Made by a program: the position numbers and the translations under genes. A stretch of 64,000 bases of DNA from assembly GCA_964630525.1 (NCBI GenBank), contig CAZVUY010000001.1:44883-108882 (forward strand). The letters are read 5' to 3'. The notes beneath the pieces were generated by a model, which ran no database searches, had not been told where the DNA came from, and saw only the letters and a program-made list of their open reading frames with translations. The number at the start of each line of letters is the position of its first letter. Within the stretch, counting starts at the first letter, position 1. The DNA comes from an uncultured Candidatus Saccharibacteria bacterium (lineage in GTDB: Bacteria; Patescibacteriota; Minisyncoccia; Phycocordibacterales; WO2-35-19). Below are positions 49,079 to 57,825 of the stretch, piece after piece.

Positions 49079-49879
49079 ATGAAAATAGTAAGTTGGAACG
49101 TAAATGGACTGCGAGCGGTGCACAGGAAAGGCCTTTTTGTTCCTTTCATTGAGAAATATAAACCAGACATTTTGTGCTTACAAGAAACAAAAGCCGAAAA
49201 AGAGCAGGCGGTCATAGATCTTCCAGATTATGAAGAGTATTGGAACTCCGCCACTACTCGCAAAGGTTATAGCGGCACCGCCACCTTCACCAAAATAAAG
49301 CCTCTTTCAGTAACCTCCGGTTTACCAGAAAATATCGCGGATAAATACGATTTGCAAAACGACGGTTACGGAGATTTGAACAAAGAAGGTCGGGTTGTAA
49401 CGGCTGAATTTAAAGATTTTTTTGTTGTAAACGTATATACACCAAATTCAAAAGGTGATCTCTCTCGCCTACCCCTGCGCCACAAACAATGGGACCCGGC
49501 ATTCCTAGAATATGTGAATGCTCTCGAGACTAAAAAGAATGTCATTTTCTGCGGAGACCTCAACGTCGCCCATACCGAAAACGACTTAGCCAACCCAAAG
49601 CAAAACGAGGGAGAGCACGGCTTTACCAAAGAAGAACGCGAGGGTTTGGACAGAGTTATCAAAGCTGGTTTTGTAGACACTTTTAGATACTTTACACCCG
49701 AAGGCAATGGTCATTACACCTGGTGGACTCCGTGGCGCAACGCAAGAGCCAGAAATATCGGCTGGCGAATTGACTACTTTTTTGTTAACCAGAAACTCAT
49801 GCCCAAAATCAAAAACTCGACCATACTGGCCGAAGTTCTTGGTTCTGATCACTGCCCTATTTTACTGGAACTGGAGTAA
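49079..49879 (+). CDS. xth: Exodeoxyribonuclease III (AP endonuclease)
   Basis: SWNVNGLRA, LQETK, GDLNVAH, GWRIDYF, GSDHCP. Confidence 0.96.
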   Translation: MKIVSWNVNGLRAVHRKGLFVPFIEKYKPDILCLQETKAEKEQAVIDLPDYEEYWNSATTRKGYSGTATFTKIKPLSVTSGLPENIADKYDLQNDGYGDLNKEGRVVTAEFKDFFVVNVYTPNSKGDLSRLPLRHKQWDPAFLEYVNALETKKNVIFCGDLNVAHTENDLANPKQNEGEHGFTKEEREGLDRVIKAGFVDTFRYFTPEGNGHYTWWTPWRNARARNIGWRIDYFFVNQKLMPKIKNSTILAEVLGSDHCPILLELE

Positions 49880-49898
49880 TTTGCTTTAACGAGACTAC

Positions 49899-50333
49899 CT
49901 ATAAAGTACAGCCGAGGTTATTAGAAACCTTGTTAGCTGCCCTATTGTAAGATTTCTCGGCAGACTCCACAGCTTTTGCCGCATTTTTGAGCACCCTAGC
50001 CTCATCTTTGGTGCGTTTCTGCAACGCTTTTTCTTTTTGTTTGGTTAGCTCTTGAATTATTTTTGGTCTGACCGACGAAGTATAAGAGGAGGCCCCAGAT
50101 ATTGCGGTATCGTATTTTTCTCTAACAGCACTAGTCAATGCTTGCTGCCTTGTTATTTCTAATTGTTGATTGGCTCTAGCAATAGTTAGGCTAGCAAAAT
50201 AATTGTCCCGATTTGCCAAGGACTTGGCGGTTGAATCTTTTACCCTCTGACTACACTCGGCAGCGTAGACAGAAGACGCCAAGAATAAAGTAAGGGCAAA
50301 CGTACCTGCTTTTATAAAATAATCTACTCTCAT
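49899..50333 (-). CDS. Hypothetical exported helical protein
   Basis: Signal peptide (LFLASSVYA); one Cys near each end. Confidence 0.6.
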   Translation of the reverse strand: MRVDYFIKAGTFALTLFLASSVYAAECSQRVKDSTAKSLANRDNYFASLTIARANQQLEITRQQALTSAVREKYDTAISGASSYTSSVRPKIIQELTKQKEKALQKRTKDEARVLKNAAKAVESAEKSYNRAANKVSNNLGCTL

Positions 50334-50352
50334 AAATTTATAGAACTCAATA

Positions 50353-50574
50353 TTACATTTGGCCAGTCGATTGACCGACTTTTGGCTCACAATGCTTGCA
50401 AGTATCACGATGGGTAAATACTTCAACCAAAGCCGCTAGGGCCACCAACAAATAAACCACTTTGGCTAGTCCCATCGGAAGAAACGAGCCAATCCCCCAC
50501 CCTAGTACTTCGAGTCCCCAATTGAGACCGCCGACGATAAGAAGAATAAAGGTGAGCGTATGCAAACTTTTCAT
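50353..50574 (-). CDS. DUF378 family small membrane protein
   Basis: LLIVGGLNWGL...VVYLLV.LAA, C-terminal CKHC. Confidence 0.85.
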   Translation of the reverse strand: MKSLHTLTFILLIVGGLNWGLEVLGWGIGSFLPMGLAKVVYLLVALAALVEVFTHRDTCKHCEPKVGQSTGQM

Positions 50575-51030
50575 ATTTGTTAAAAATTAAACAATCTTAC
50601 TAATACGAAGATTATATATTTGTTTTCAATTTTAATTAAGCAAAATTGTGTACAAAAAAGCCACCAAGATGCGGTGGAGGGTTTTCGCACAACATGGTGG
50701 CTTTCGCAAAGAACATTCTCCAGCACCATTTTCGTCAAACAATTCGGCGAAATTACTTAACCAAAGTGGTGCTGGACAAAAGAAAGATCTCGTTGAACGC
50801 GATTTCGTAAGCCTTTGGTCTAATATCTCAAAAAAAATTATATGAGCGAAGATATTTATATACCTTTACTTACTTATCAACCAAACCTTCTTTTTGCAAT
50901 CAATCATGATTGACAAAGAACTAATTGCTGAACTAATTGCTGATGATAACTTAAAAAATATCAGCGTCTGAAGATATTCTATGTCTTTTATAAAAGATGT
51001 AAAGGACAATCTGTGGAAAACTTCTGTCTT

Positions 51031-52518
51031 TTACTCTACATGATGCTTGTCTCTTATTTCCTTGACCTTCTTTTCTTCTTCCAATTCCCTCTTTTCCTTG
51101 CCTTTATCTCCCAACTTTTTGAGTTCTTCTTCTGGCAATTTGGAAAGTTCGACTACCCTACTTGTCAAATACTCCTCGATATTCAAGTCGGGCTTGTCCA
51201 ATACCTCTTCAAGCAAAGCATTCAATATTTGGCCGATTTTGGGCCCAGGAGGAATAGAAAGAAGATTCATGATCCCCTGCCCATCAATTTTGAGCATTCC
51301 TACGGAAATCGGGTCGGCCATGACCTCTTCAATCATTGATTGGTATTTTCTCAGCCTGTAGGGCTTTTCTTTGGGCCTACCAGTGCCTATCCGGTCACAC
51401 AACCTAACATTTACAAGATCCCATATTTTGTCCTTGCCAACATTTGCAATAAGCCTCCTAACAGCTGAATGAGTGATTGTTTCTGTGTCAGAGAAAAACA
51501 TATGCCATCTGACCAGACTAACAACATTGTCTATAGTTTCACGTGAAAACTTTAGATTTTCCAATATCTTCCTAGTTACACGTGAACCAACCACCTCATG
51601 GCCATAAAAAGTCCATTGCTTAGCCTCTTTATCCCACCGACGGGTAGCTGGTTTTGCAATATCATGCAACAAAGCCGCCAATCTGACGTGGAGGGGATAT
51701 TCTTTATCTGCTGAATGCTGGAGAGTTTTCAACAGGTGAGTCCAAACATCGTAAGAATGGGCTTTATTTTGCTCCACACCCACACTTTCTATCAATTCCG
51801 GCACTACATACTGCAGAATCCCCAATTTGTGCAATATCTGTAGACCAAGCATGGGGGCAGGGGACATAATTATCTTTATAAACTCATCCTTAATCCTTTC
51901 CTTTGAAATATGTTGCAAAATATGGCTATTTTCAAAAATGGCTTTTTCTGTTTCTGGATCGATAGCAAACCCCAGTTCCACATGAAACCGGACCGCTCTC
52001 AACATTCGGAGACCGTCTTCTGTAAATCGGTCCTTTGGAATACCTACTGTTTTTATTGTATTTTGAGCTAAATCCAGCACTCCACCGAATAGGTCGATTA
52101 TTTCACCAGTCTCCGGATCGTATGCAATAGCGTTTATAGTAAAATCGCGCCTTTTTAGATCGTCCTCTAGATTTTGACTGAAAACAACCTCATCTGGACG
52201 ACGATGGTCAGAATAAGCACCTTCCAGCCTATAAGGGGTGACTTCTATCACTTTTAAAGTTTCATCAGAAACAAATTCATCTACTATCGCCACAGTACCA
52301 AATTTATTTTCATAAAAAGTTTTTGGGAATAGGGGAATGATCTGTTCAGGGGTAGCATTGGTTGTCAGATCCCAGTCTTTAGGTTTTCTACCCATAAACA
52401 AGTCTCTCACACACCCTCCAACCAAATACGCCTCAAAACCGCCCCCTTTTAGGGTTCTGGTTACACGAGAAACACTCTCGGGAATATCGAATTTTGTTAT
52501 TTTAGCCTTATTTTGCAT
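51031..52518 (-). CDS. cca: CCA tRNA nucleotidyltransferase (HD-domain type)
   Basis: YLVGGCVRD, KDWD, DLKRRDFTINA, EDGLRMLRA.RF, ERIKDE, LLHDIAK. Confidence 0.93.
   Translation of the reverse strand: MQNKAKITKFDIPESVSRVTRTLKGGGFEAYLVGGCVRDLFMGRKPKDWDLTTNATPEQIIPLFPKTFYENKFGTVAIVDEFVSDETLKVIEVTPYRLEGAYSDHRRPDEVVFSQNLEDDLKRRDFTINAIAYDPETGEIIDLFGGVLDLAQNTIKTVGIPKDRFTEDGLRMLRAVRFHVELGFAIDPETEKAIFENSHILQHISKERIKDEFIKIIMSPAPMLGLQILHKLGILQYVVPELIESVGVEQNKAHSYDVWTHLLKTLQHSADKEYPLHVRLAALLHDIAKPATRRWDKEAKQWTFYGHEVVGSRVTRKILENLKFSRETIDNVVSLVRWHMFFSDTETITHSAVRRLIANVGKDKIWDLVNVRLCDRIGTGRPKEKPYRLRKYQSMIEEVMADPISVGMLKIDGQGIMNLLSIPPGPKIGQILNALLEEVLDKPDLNIEEYLTSRVVELSKLPEEELKKLGDKGKEKRELEEEKKVKEIRDKHHVE
51535..51589. 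promoter_or_regulatory. Two parS-like sites inside cca (a third at 52459-52474)
   Basis: AGTTTCACGTGAAAAC and AGTTACACGTGAACCA versus consensus TGTTNCACGTGAAACA. Confidence 0.55.
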
Positions 52519-52557
52519 GGGTTTTACCAAATCTAAAGCAGTTTAGATTTTTTGCTT

Positions 52558-52680
52558 TGTGCTCCCGGAGGGACTCTTTCCTTACAGGAACGGTACACCT
52601 TTCGTATCTCACTTCGCTCGATATACTCAAAGTTTTCTCGTCCCTCTCGCAAGTAAAGCAGTTTACTTGCTTGGTCGCTG
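52558..52680 (-). mobile_element. tRNA-3'-associated structured element B (after tRNA-Arg)
   Basis: Perfect 19-bp direct repeat TGTGCTCCCGGAGGGACTC at 52558-52576 and 52679-52697; homologous to element A. Confidence 0.75.
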
Positions 52681-52752
52681 TGCTCCCGGAGGGACTCGAA
52701 CCCCCAACAACGGTTCCGAAGACCGTTGTGATATCCATTTCACCACGGGAGC
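52681..52752 (-). tRNA. tRNA-Arg(TCG)
   Basis: GCTCCCG...ACGGT CT TCG GA ACCGT...GGGGGTTCGAGTCCCTC CGGGAGC A. Confidence 0.93.
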
Positions 52753-52834
52753 AATAGGGGAATAATACCACGAAAAATACAAAAAAGAATTAGTGCTTAC
52801 ACCGCGTAGTGCCGAAAACAGGTGAAGTACGAAG

Positions 52835-52908
52835 TGGTGCGGCTAGGGAGAATCGAACTCCCGTCTCATCCTTGGCAAGGACGTGTCCTACCACTAAACT
52901 ATAGCCGC
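52835..52908 (-). tRNA. tRNA-Gly(GCC)
   Basis: GCGGCTA...CGTCC TT GCC AA GGATG...GTTCGATT...TAGCCGC ACCA. Confidence 0.95.
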
Positions 52909-52964
52909 TTACTTATTAATCTATCATAGCAGTTATTTTTTTACAAAATTATTGAGAGATTGTT

Positions 52965-53073
52965 AGGCGCCAGATCATTCCTTCTCTCGCTACGGAAATT
53001 TTTTGCTAAAAATTTCCTTGTCCTCAGCTTTCCAGCAGCTTCCGGAAGCTCGTTCAGGAACAATCTGGCGCCT
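52965..53073 (-). repeat. Structured palindromic element (divergent member of the 33579/57702 family)
   Basis: Terminal IR AGGCGCCAGAT/ATCTGGCGCCT; internal GGAAATTTTT TGCT AAAAATTTCC hairpin. Confidence 0.65.
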
Positions 53074-53212
53074 TCCAAAACCGTAAAAATGTCCGAAAAG
53101 TGTTAAAATGACTTTGTGGTCTAGTTCCCCTTATTTTTCAATAAAATTACCGATCTGACAGACAAACTGGGGATAACTATGGGGACATTGTGTAAAAGTC
53201 AAAGCCAGAATT

Positions 53213-53614
53213 ATGGCAAAACATAACGAAATTGGTCAAATAGGGGAGAGTCTAGCCTCAAAATATGTTGAAAACAAAGGGTTTTTTGTTATAGACAGAA
53301 ATTATCGGAAAAAGTGGGGGGAATTGGACATAATTGCGGAAAAGGACGGGGTTATTCACTTTATTGAAGTAAAAACAGTGAGCCGGAGAAGTTATGGGGA
53401 GAAGGGTAGGTTTGAGCAGGAGATCAATAACTACCGTCCAGAGGACAATATGCACCCTTGGAAGCTGCAGCGACTCCGTCGAGCGATCCAAACCTACTTA
53501 TTGGAAAAATACCGGAGTAAAGAGCCGCCTTGGCAATTTGACCTCGCTTGTGTCTTTTTGGATCAAGAAAAGCGAGTGGCAAAAATAAGATTTATGGAAA
53601 ATCTGATTTTATGA
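53213..53614 (+). CDS. yraN: YraN family endonuclease
   Basis: G.IGE..A..Y, RNYRKKWGELDII, HFIEVKT, QFD. Confidence 0.9.
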   Translation: MAKHNEIGQIGESLASKYVENKGFFVIDRNYRKKWGELDIIAEKDGVIHFIEVKTVSRRSYGEKGRFEQEINNYRPEDNMHPWKLQRLRRAIQTYLLEKYRSKEPPWQFDLACVFLDQEKRVAKIRFMENLIL

Positions 53615-53666
53615 TAGGCTTATCTGGTAAAGTCCGCCTACGGTAAAGCCAAGGGCGCGACAAAGA

Positions 53667-53737
53667 CGGGGTGTAGTACAGTGGTAGTATACACGCTTTG
53701 GGAGCGTGAGATCCGAGTTCGATTCTCGGCACCCCGA
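53667..53737 (+). tRNA. tRNA-Pro(TGG)
   Basis: CGGGGTG...CACGC TT TGG GA GCGTG...CCGAG TTCGATT CTCGG CACCCCG A. Confidence 0.95.
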
Positions 53738-53894
53738 ACGCAGTGAGGAGAGCAAGCAAACTGTTTTGCTTGCGTCCGGAATCGAAAGCCGGAGTATGTT
53801 TTTTGTAGCAACAAAAAACTACGAGGCGGGGTCGCAGAAATTTGCGAGTGACGACGAGCAAATTATCTGTGACCGATTCTCGGTACCCCGACCA
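53738..53894 (+). mobile_element. tRNA-3'-associated structured element C (after tRNA-Pro)
   Basis: GCAAGCAAACTGTTTTGCTTGC hairpin; ends with CGATTCTCGGTACCCCGACCA, a 17/18 copy of the tRNA 3' end plus CCA. Confidence 0.7.
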
Positions 53895-53919
53895 AAAAAT
53901 ATGCTAATTTAAGGAGTAG

Positions 53920-53990
53920 CAGGCTATCGGATAGTGGTAGTCCACGCCCATGGGGTGGGTGAAGCGGCAGTTCGATTCTGCCTAGCCTGA
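53920..53990 (+). tRNA. tRNA-Pro(GGG)
   Basis: CAGGCTA...CGCCC AT GGG GT GGGTG...GGCAG TTCGATT CTGCC TAGCCTG A. Confidence 0.92.
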
Positions 53991-54025
53991 CAAAGATATA
54001 TTTGCAATATGCTATCATCTCTCTT

Positions 54026-55753
54026 ATGCCAAAAAAGTATGCTCTTAGAGAGAAGTTAGACAAGAAGGCGGCAAAAGAGCTGTCAGAATACGATGGTTTG
54101 ACAGCCCAACTCTTGTTTAATAGGGGAGTCCGGACAAAAAAAGAGGCAGATCACTTTTTGAACCCAAATTTCACCGAGCATCTCCATGACCCTTTTTTGC
54201 TTAAAGATTTGAACAAAGCAGCAGATCGCGTTCTAGAGGCAATAAAAAACAATGAGAAGATCGCCATTTGGAGCGACTATGATGCTGATGGTATCCCAGG
54301 CGGCGCCCTGCTCCATGACTTTTTTAAGTTAATCGGCTACCAAAATTTCACCAACCATATCCCAAACCGCCAAACTGAAGGTTATGGTTTAAACACTGAA
54401 GGAATTGAAAGATTGAAAGAAGAAAAGATTGAAATATTAATCACCGTAGATTGCGGGATCCGGGATCATAAGCAGATTGAGCTCGCTAACAAATTGGGAA
54501 TGGAGGTGATCGTGACCGATCATCACGAACCAGCAGAAGAGTTGCCGACGGCATACGCAATCGTCAACCCAAAAAGAAATGATTCAGGCTACCCAGAACA
54601 AGTCTTGTGCGGTACGGGAGTGATCTGGAAATTGATTGAAGGGATTTTAAAAACTAAAAGGACTTTTATTAAAGATGGTCAGCCCTTCGACCTTGCTCAG
54701 GGTAAAGAGAAGTGGTTGCTGGATTTGGTTGGCATCGCCACACTTTCCGACATGGTACCGCTCACTGGGGAGAACCGTGCACTTGCTCACTTTGGTCTTT
54801 CAGTTTTGAGAAAAAGTCGCCGACCGGGACTGAAAAAACTTTTTGAAATGTTAAAAATAAATAAAGATCAGGTGACCGAAGATGATATCGGCTTCCTGAT
54901 CACTCCACGTATCAATGCCGCTTCACGGATGGGTCAGCCGATCGATGCTTTCAGATTACTCACCGCAAGCAACGAATCGGAAGCAGAACTTTACGCCAAA
55001 CATCTCGACGGCATAAACAACGAAAGAAAAGGGATGGTTGCAAGTATCGTCAAAGAAGCTAAAAAAATAATCAGAGAAAAATTCGAGAACAGTGGCGAAC
55101 AAAAAATAATCGTTCTGGGCAATCCAAACTGGCGACCAGCTCTACTTGGGTTAGTCGCCAACTCAATCGCCGAGGAATACAACCGACCAGTTTTTCTTTG
55201 GGGTAGGGAGGGCGGCGAACTTATCAAAGGTTCTTGTCGGTCGGACGGCTCGACCAATCTGGTCACTATCATGGAAAACACTCGAGAAATTTTTATCGAA
55301 TTTGGTGGTCACAAACTCTCTGGTGGTTTTTCGATCGATTACGAAAAAATTCACGTTCTTGAAGAATCCCTGATCGCCGCTTCTTCGCACACGGTCAATG
55401 AAGAAAGTGAGGTGCTAGTTGATACAGAAATAAATTTGAGAGATGTTTCGGAAGAGACAGTCAAAAAAATTTCACGGCTCGCCCCTTTTGGAGTCGGCAA
55501 TGAAAAACCAGTTTTCGTTTTTAGAGATGTGATAGCAGAGAAAATAAATCGCTTTGGCAAAAACAGAGAGCACCTCTCCATCAACTTGGTTGATGGCTTG
55601 ACCAAAGCTAAAGCAATCTCTTTTTTTACTTCACCTGATCAGTTTGGAGAAAAATTAAAGGAGGGTATGAAAACCAATCTGGTAGCCAATGTCGAAAAAT
55701 CCTACTACAACGGTTCATCCGAAATCCGGCTGCGCATTGTAGATTTTTTCTAA
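54026..55753 (+). CDS. recJ: Single-stranded-DNA exonuclease RecJ
   Basis: SDYDADG, ITVDCG, VTDHH, PRINAASR, GSCRS, FGGH, PFGVGN. Confidence 0.96.
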   Translation: MPKKYALREKLDKKAAKELSEYDGLTAQLLFNRGVRTKKEADHFLNPNFTEHLHDPFLLKDLNKAADRVLEAIKNNEKIAIWSDYDADGIPGGALLHDFFKLIGYQNFTNHIPNRQTEGYGLNTEGIERLKEEKIEILITVDCGIRDHKQIELANKLGMEVIVTDHHEPAEELPTAYAIVNPKRNDSGYPEQVLCGTGVIWKLIEGILKTKRTFIKDGQPFDLAQGKEKWLLDLVGIATLSDMVPLTGENRALAHFGLSVLRKSRRPGLKKLFEMLKINKDQVTEDDIGFLITPRINAASRMGQPIDAFRLLTASNESEAELYAKHLDGINNERKGMVASIVKEAKKIIREKFENSGEQKIIVLGNPNWRPALLGLVANSIAEEYNRPVFLWGREGGELIKGSCRSDGSTNLVTIMENTREIFIEFGGHKLSGGFSIDYEKIHVLEESLIAASSHTVNEESEVLVDTEINLRDVSEETVKKISRLAPFGVGNEKPVFVFRDVIAEKINRFGKNREHLSINLVDGLTKAKAISFFTSPDQFGEKLKEGMKTNLVANVEKSYYNGSSEIRLRIVDFF

Positions 55754-55770
55754 ATAGTTAAAATTTGAAT

Positions 55771-56250
55771 ATGGACAAAAAAATCATTTACACCGACGGA
55801 TCTTCCAAAGGCAACCCAGGGTCCGGCGGCTATGCAGTAATAATTGTTGATGAAAAAAATGTTGTTGAGATTGGCGGCCATGAACCACTGACCACCAACA
55901 ACCGAATGGAAATGACAGCGGCGATCGAAGCACTCAAGAAAACTCCGGAGGGTACCGAGATCGAAATCCATACCGACTCAGAATACTTAATGAAAGGAGC
56001 AACTATCTGGATTAAAAATTGGCAAAAAAATAATTGGCGCACTAAAGACAGGAAAGATGTTTTGAATAGAGATTTGTGGGAAATAATTTTTGAAGAGACC
56101 GAAAAAAGAAATGTGACTTGGCAAAAGGTACTTGGTCACTCTGGTCATGTTTTCAACGAACGCTGCGACGAGATCGCTCAGGATTTGGCTGATGGCAAAA
56201 ATGTTTCGCTATATAATGGCTTAAAACAAGGCTATAAATTGTTTCATTGA
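55771..56250 (+). CDS. rnhA: Ribonuclease HI
   Basis: IYTDGS..GNPG.GG, TTNNRME, TDSEY, GHSG...NERCD. Confidence 0.96.
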   Translation: MDKKIIYTDGSSKGNPGSGGYAVIIVDEKNVVEIGGHEPLTTNNRMEMTAAIEALKKTPEGTEIEIHTDSEYLMKGATIWIKNWQKNNWRTKDRKDVLNRDLWEIIFEETEKRNVTWQKVLGHSGHVFNERCDEIAQDLADGKNVSLYNGLKQGYKLFH

Positions 56251-57740
56251 TGATTTACCTTTCCGTAGTTTCATTCTCACTCGGCTTAATCTTAGAAAAA
56301 TATCTGCTGTTCGGCCCAAGTTTCGCTTTACTTGTCCTGACCGTCTCAGCAATTTCCGGTTTGATCCTTTTCAAAAATCGCGAGCAAGCATTTTTAGTTT
56401 TGCTGATCGGCCTCTCATTTGGTTTTGGAATTTTGAGAATGAGTTTTGCTCACCCAAATCCTGATCCGATCTTACTCCAATCAGTCGGCCAAAAAATTTC
56501 TTTCGAGGCCACTATCGCCGACGAGCCAGACAAGCGCGACACCTCGACCCGTTACACAGTCAGCTCTCAAAAATCTAATTCTAAAATATTATTGGTTGCT
56601 GATCGATTTCCTGAGTTTCAATATGGCGACCAAGTTTTGATTGCTGGAAAACTGGAAGAGCCGAAAAATTTCACACCAGAAACAACCAATATCGAGTTTG
56701 ATTATGTTTCTTATCTCGCTAAAGATAAAATTCATTTTTTGGTTTACCAGCCAGAAATAACAAAACTGAAAGAGGGGCAAGGGAACAGAATGATCGCCAC
56801 ACTTTATTTGCTCAAAAATAAATTCATCGAAAACATAAACGCAGCCATCCCCGAACCAAACAGCTCACTTTTAAACGGCGTCATTTTGGGCGCCAAACAA
56901 TCTTTGGGTGAAAAACTTTTGACCGATTTCAAAAATGTTGGGCTCATCCACATCGTTGTTCTCTCTGGTTACAATCTCACTTTGATCATTGTCGGAGTGC
57001 TGTCTGTCGCTGCTTATTTTGGTAAAAGAAAATTGGGTTTTGTAGTTTCTATTTTTCTCCTAATTATTTTTTCCTTGATGGTGGGTCTGGGGGCGACTGT
57101 GATCCGCGCTGCGATCATGGCGCTGATCGCTATCTTGGCCAAACATCTTGGTCGACCAAACGATGCTCTCCGAGCTCTTTTTGTCGCTGGAATTTTGATG
57201 CTGCTTTGGAACCCACTTCTTTTGACTCACGATCCTTCTTTTCAACTTTCTTTCATGGCCACCTTGGGTCTGATTTTGTTTTCGCCTTTTTTGGAAACCT
57301 GGATCAGTCGACAAAAATGGTCTAGGTTCATCCCAATCAAAGGTGGGGTGCGAGAAATATTGGCTTCCACTTTTGCTGTCCAACTTTTCTTGCTGCCGTT
57401 TCTCATCAAAATGTCTGGCACTTTTTCTTTGATTTCTTTTTTGGTAAACCTGATCGTATTGCCGCTAGTGCCAACCTTAATGTTTTTGGGTTTTGCGACC
57501 GGTCTTTCAGGATTCCTGCCCTTTATCGGTAAATTTGTGGCTTGGCTGTTTAGTATACCTTCTTATGTTTTGTCTCAAACAATAATTTTGGTTACCGAAT
57601 TTTCTGTTCAATTGCCTTTCTCTTTTATTCAAATCAGCAGCTTACCAACTTGGTTAGTTTTATTTTGGTACAGTGGTTATGCTCTCCTTTTCTGGAAATT
57701 AAAGCAAAATAATTCTGCGAGCGTGCCTTGCGCAGGCTGA
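56250..57740 (+). CDS. comEC: ComEC/Rec2 competence protein (OB/DUF4131 plus membrane domain)
   Basis: GLIHIVVLSGYN, RAAIM, DPSFQLSFMAT. Confidence 0.92.
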   Translation: MIYLSVVSFSLGLILEKYLLFGPSFALLVLTVSAISGLILFKNREQAFLVLLIGLSFGFGILRMSFAHPNPDPILLQSVGQKISFEATIADEPDKRDTSTRYTVSSQKSNSKILLVADRFPEFQYGDQVLIAGKLEEPKNFTPETTNIEFDYVSYLAKDKIHFLVYQPEITKLKEGQGNRMIATLYLLKNKFIENINAAIPEPNSSLLNGVILGAKQSLGEKLLTDFKNVGLIHIVVLSGYNLTLIIVGVLSVAAYFGKRKLGFVVSIFLLIIFSLMVGLGATVIRAAIMALIAILAKHLGRPNDALRALFVAGILMLLWNPLLLTHDPSFQLSFMATLGLILFSPFLETWISRQKWSRFIPIKGGVREILASTFAVQLFLLPFLIKMSGTFSLISFLVNLIVLPLVPTLMFLGFATGLSGFLPFIGKFVAWLFSIPSYVLSQTIILVTEFSVQLPFSFIQISSLPTWLVLFWYSGYALLFWKLKQNNSASVPCAG

Positions 57741-57806
57741 CGAGCCGAGCAGAGCAAATTTTCAGCAGAAAATTATGCGTGCTAAGCGAGTAGAATTATT
57801 TTGCTT
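57702..57806 (+). repeat. Structured ~105-nt palindromic element overlapping the comEC 3' end
   Basis: 15-bp terminal IR AAGCAAAATAATTCT; homologous to 33579-33690. Confidence 0.75.
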
Positions 57807-57825
57807 AAACTCTAATAAATGAAAA

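Noticed and set aside
52558-52697. attL/attR of a prophage or integrative element at tRNA-Arg (likewise Leu and Pro)
   Set aside because: The direct repeats enclose only about 100-155 nt and there is no integrase in the window; reported instead as small structured elements
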